This document shows positions 40,978 to 44,122 of a stretch of DNA of 44,122 nucleotides, one piece after another. A model generated the notes under the pieces. The model was not told the origin of the DNA. It made no database searches and saw only the letters and a program-made list of their open reading frames with translations. Origin of the DNA: an uncultured Candidatus Saccharibacteria bacterium (GTDB lineage: Bacteria > Patescibacteriota > Doudnabacteria > UBA920); the NCBI GenBank assembly GCA_964589415.1, contig CAZPRQ010000001.1, forward strand, positions 11,368 to 55,489, given 5' to 3'. Numbering within the stretch: the stretch's first letter is position 1; the number at the start of each line of letters is the position of its first letter. The translations under genes were made by a program, and so were the position numbers.

Positions 40978-41955
40978 CTAATTTTTTAGCTTTTTCCACC
41001 ATCCTTCGTTGGCTTTATACCATTCTACCATTTGTTTAAGTGTTTCATCCAACTTATACTTTGGCTGCCAGCCCAGCTCATTGGAGATTTTTTGATGCGA
41101 CATAGCATAGCGCTGGTCGTGGCCCGGGCGGTCGGCGACGAACTCCAAACAGTCATCTCCCTTATCCATAATAGACAAAAGCTTTTTGATGACTTCCAAA
41201 TTGCTAAGCTCGGGGTTATCGGGCCCCACAAAATAAGTTTCGCCGGGCTTGCCTTTCTGTAAAACCAAATCAATCGCGCTGCAATGGTCATCCACGTTCA
41301 GCCACTCCCTCACCTGGTTGCCGGGTTTGTAAATGGGAACTTTTTTGCCCCGGAGCAGATTAGTGATAGCGAGAGGGATAAGTTTTTCCGGAAACATAAA
41401 CGGGCCAATATTGTTCGCGCAGTTGGTGATAGTCACAGGCAAACCGTACGTACGGTAATAAGCGCGGACCAAATGGTCAGAAGCGGCCTTGGAGGCCGAA
41501 TAGGGACTGCTTGGGTTATACGGCGTGTTCTCGTTCCATTTTTCCTTTGAGCCTAAGGGCAAATCGCCGAAGACTTCGTCAGTGGAAACATGATGAAATC
41601 TCTTTATCCCATATTTCAGCGATGCCTTTAACAATTCGTGCGTGCCGACAACGTTGGTTTGAATAAAGGCATCGGGGCCGGTAATAGAACGGTCTACGTG
41701 GCTTTCCGCGGCGAAATGTACAACGGTATCACACCCCTCGATTGCTTTTTCAACATCAGATGTTTCGCAAATATCGCCTTTGACAAACTTAATTTTGTCT
41801 TTGACGGATTCCAAATTTTCCAAATTTCCGGCATATGTCAATTTATCTAAAACAACAACATTATGATCCGGATAATTTTTTACCCAGTAATGGACAAAAT
41901 TGGAGCCTATAAAGCCGGCTCCGCCGGTAATTAATATTTTTTTATGCGAAGGCAT
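40978..41955 (-). CDS. rfbB: dTDP-glucose 4,6-dehydratase
   Basis: KKILITGGAGFIGSNFVHYW...VLDKLTYAGNLENL...HFAAESHVDRSI...STDEVFG...YSASKAASDHLVRAY. Confidence 0.93.
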   Translation of the reverse strand: MPSHKKILITGGAGFIGSNFVHYWVKNYPDHNVVVLDKLTYAGNLENLESVKDKIKFVKGDICETSDVEKAIEGCDTVVHFAAESHVDRSITGPDAFIQTNVVGTHELLKASLKYGIKRFHHVSTDEVFGDLPLGSKEKWNENTPYNPSSPYSASKAASDHLVRAYYRTYGLPVTITNCANNIGPFMFPEKLIPLAITNLLRGKKVPIYKPGNQVREWLNVDDHCSAIDLVLQKGKPGETYFVGPDNPELSNLEVIKKLLSIMDKGDDCLEFVADRPGHDQRYAMSHQKISNELGWQPKYKLDETLKQMVEWYKANEGWWKKLKN

Positions 41956-41974
41956 TCTATATATAATTAGTAAT

Positions 41975-43027
41975 TTAATTTTCTGCTAAAATCTCAAGCG
42001 TGAGCCGCTGGCTTTTTCTTATAACCTCAAATTGCGCTTTTTCCCCAGGCTTTATTCTCTGCAAAAGCTCCTCGAGCTGCTCATCTTGCGTAATGGCCGT
42101 GTTATTTAATTTTACAATTATATCATTGGTCAAAAGCCCGGACTTAAAAGCAGGCGTACCCGTCCTAACCTCCAAAACACGGCTACCCAATGTTAAATTA
42201 AGCTCTTGGGCTTCCGCCGGACCAATAAAATTATAGGAAAAACCGTAAGTCATGGCCGCGAAATTTTCAATGCCAGACAAATACGCGCCGGTAATTTGCT
42301 TAAGCACATCGGAGGAAACAATTTTATCCTGAGCCCAAATTCCGACAATTTCCCCCCGCAAATTTATTACCGCCTGACCTGCCATGACACCCGCGTCTTG
42401 AGGCAAAAAACTTCGCGAAAGTACGTCTGAATTAAACCTTTGACCTGAAGTATCATTTTGTGATCTGCTTACGAAACTCGCTTTAAACCGCACAACATTT
42501 GGCTGACTGGAATTGGCCATATAAAATATGCGTTCTCCGGAAACCAAAGCTTCCGACTGTCCAAACGTCGCAACCGCCACATTTTCCAAAGAAGCTTGGA
42601 AAAACATAATGCCCGTGGTTTTATGCACTGCGGTTTTAATAATTGGAGCTGTGAGTCCGTCGCTTGACATAACATAATACTGTGCGCCCGGCGTTTTAAA
42701 AGTTTCAACGGAAGTTAAAAAACTTCCCGCAGAAGTTATATTTATGGCGCTGCCGGCTTCTGTCCATTGTCCGTCTTTTACGTAAAATACAAAGCTTAGG
42801 CGTGACTTTGACTCGGCCGCGGCCTGCAATAAATCCCCGCCGTCTGTTACTCTTACCTCCTGCCTGCGTTCTATTATAATTGGCGCCTGAGGCTGAATAA
42901 TGTTCCAGCGGTTAAAAATTGGCATCATGGAGACCTGGGCCGCAATAAACCTGCCGAACAACACGTTAAATAAAACTCCGAAAAATACCGAAACAATAAT
43001 AACCGCTGCTATGACTTTTTTTGACAT
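41975..43027 (-). CDS. Membrane-anchored HtrA-like protein with PDZ domain; protease triad apparently absent
   Basis: N-terminal TM helix. PDZ segment LGSRVLEVRTGTPAFKSGLLTNDIIVKLNN. VMAGQAVINLRGEIVGIW sits where HtrA has GNSGGPL.N..G.vIGI. No His or Asp motifs found. Confidence 0.75.
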   Translation of the reverse strand: MSKKVIAAVIIVSVFFGVLFNVLFGRFIAAQVSMMPIFNRWNIIQPQAPIIIERRQEVRVTDGGDLLQAAAESKSRLSFVFYVKDGQWTEAGSAINITSAGSFLTSVETFKTPGAQYYVMSSDGLTAPIIKTAVHKTTGIMFFQASLENVAVATFGQSEALVSGERIFYMANSSQPNVVRFKASFVSRSQNDTSGQRFNSDVLSRSFLPQDAGVMAGQAVINLRGEIVGIWAQDKIVSSDVLKQITGAYLSGIENFAAMTYGFSYNFIGPAEAQELNLTLGSRVLEVRTGTPAFKSGLLTNDIIVKLNNTAITQDEQLEELLQRIKPGEKAQFEVIRKSQRLTLEILAEN

Positions 43028-43097
43028 ATAAATTTATATATAACAATTTGAAAACTAAACATATATCTGGCTTCAAATGGCAAGCGCGTAAGTCCTG

Positions 43098-43889
43098 CTA
43101 AGAAATAATTTCCCATGGAGTAGCAATTAGTATAGCCAGGGAGGTTAACCCCAAAAGCCATAAATGAAATGCTAATTTTTTAGCATTAAGGGTATTAAAT
43201 AACGAATAAAACGTTAAGACAATAAAAAAATAATACGCGTTAAATAACAATAAGCCGGAAACCGAATAATGCAAAGGCAAAAACATAAGCGCCCAGTACA
43301 GTTCCACCATAAACAGGCTAATTGCCAGGGCAGTAGCCAGTTTGAATCGGGGGGTCTTTGGCACAAAATCCAGATATGCCCTCGTAACAATTAAACTTGC
43401 GGTAAATACTCCAATTAAATATAAATTTTGATAAGATGGAAAATAAAAATTATAGGCGGACAAAGCCATGTACACGGCAAAACTAATAATCAGGCTTTGA
43501 TTAAGTATGACATTTTCCGCGAAACTTCCCAAAAATAACAAAAAGAAAATTCCGAGCCCAAAAGTTAAGATTAAAAATATGCCCTTAACAAAATACCAGG
43601 GAATTATGGCGTAAAGAGCAAACGCGGCGGTATAAAACAAAGTCGGAATCAACCATGTCCAAACCGAAAATTTTTCTATGCTTTTTAAATACCAACGCGT
43701 ATACGCCAACAAGATAAAAAAATACGCGAGAATTGTAAGGGCTAAAAATCTAAACAACGGCCTGTCGGTTGGGAACTGTTGTAAAATAATCAAAAACGCC
43801 AGTGAAAAGGCTGTAACAATATATTTATGGTATTTTGTCTGTATCATATCGAATACGGTATAAAAACAGGGTCCCGCAAAGAAACACAA
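43098..43889 (-). CDS. Hypothetical polytopic membrane protein (start uncertain; possibly ATG 43847)
   Basis: Long ORF with ~8 hydrophobic helices. Its 5' end overlaps the lgt 3' end. Confidence 0.65.
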   Translation of the reverse strand: MCFFAGPCFYTVFDMIQTKYHKYIVTAFSLAFLIILQQFPTDRPLFRFLALTILAYFFILLAYTRWYLKSIEKFSVWTWLIPTLFYTAAFALYAIIPWYFVKGIFLILTFGLGIFFLLFLGSFAENVILNQSLIISFAVYMALSAYNFYFPSYQNLYLIGVFTASLIVTRAYLDFVPKTPRFKLATALAISLFMVELYWALMFLPLHYSVSGLLLFNAYYFFIVLTFYSLFNTLNAKKLAFHLWLLGLTSLAILIATPWEIIS

Positions 43890-44122
43890 GCAGTAAGCTA
43901 ATAATGGAATTTAGCCTAAAATGGCCAATCCAAGTACTGTCAATCCGAATATTTTCCAGGAAAAACCTGCCTATATTATACATTAACAAGTAGAGGGTGA
44001 AAAGGCTGCCGGACGGTAGCTTTTGCCTCTTTTCCCATAACAAAATTGTAAATAATATTAAAACGTTTAGTAGTATCTCGTACAAAAACCAAGGGTGAAA
44101 ATGCGTATTTGAAACATAAGAC
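43825..44122 (-). CDS. lgt: Prolipoprotein diacylglyceryl transferase, C-terminal part (gene runs off the window)
   Basis: The frame stays open to the window edge. HFHPWFLYEILLNVL (HP..LYE motif) and YNIGRFFLENIRID (Y..gRf..E..R.D) are typical Lgt motifs. Confidence 0.8.
   Translation of the reverse strand, partial: SYVSNTHFHPWFLYEILLNVLILFTILLWEKRQKLPSGSLFTLYLLMYNIGRFFLENIRIDSTWIGHFRLNSIISLLLVFLCGTLFLYRIRYDTDKIP

Noticed and set aside
1-44122. Alternative genetic code (UGA reassignment, as in some small-genome lineages)
   Set aside because: All conserved genes are full-length and uninterrupted under the standard code in the supplied ORF track, so there is no sign of in-frame stop read-through.

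Overview
Gene-dense, mostly low-GC bacterial segment, coded almost entirely on the minus strand. The truncated AlaRS, extended ribosomal proteins, many SD-less starts and abundant surface or glycan genes suggest a small-genome Patescibacteria/CPR-like organism, but this is inference only. Backbone, in minus-strand transcription order: lgt (partial), a membrane protein, an HtrA-like PDZ protein, rmlB-rmlD-rmlA, a sortase, a 738-aa surface protein, a 1329-aa sortase-substrate adhesin, a galE fusion, a GT2, an S8 protease, a secreted repeat protein, wzx, a glycan operon (nucleotidyltransferase, GT4, Wzy-like, GT2, GT2), ctpA, alaS, DUF559, pgi, a membrane protein, then infA-rpmJ-rpsM-rpsK-rpsD-rpoA-rplQ-rplM-rpsI and a GC-rich two-gene cassette. 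Only three genes are on the plus strand: 19305..19877, 36748..38157 and 38282..39223. I saw no rRNA, tRNA, CRISPR array, transposase or integrase. Points worth follow-up: (1) two families of short palindromic elements, both inserted in-frame in one GT2 gene, with one family also bracketing a DUF559 endonuclease gene. (2) A 24-bp word repeat translated inside two unrelated enzymes. (3) Compositionally distinct unknown genes at 91..1915, 19305..19877 and 32412..34628, the last lying between a sortase and its giant APKTG-signal substrate. (4) A phased 26-bp x4 TCCGCG array, and related conserved SD-less leaders in the ribosomal protein operon. (5) Long perfect palindromes in a 430-bp non-coding gap. 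All functional calls rest on motif recognition by eye. No database search was run.
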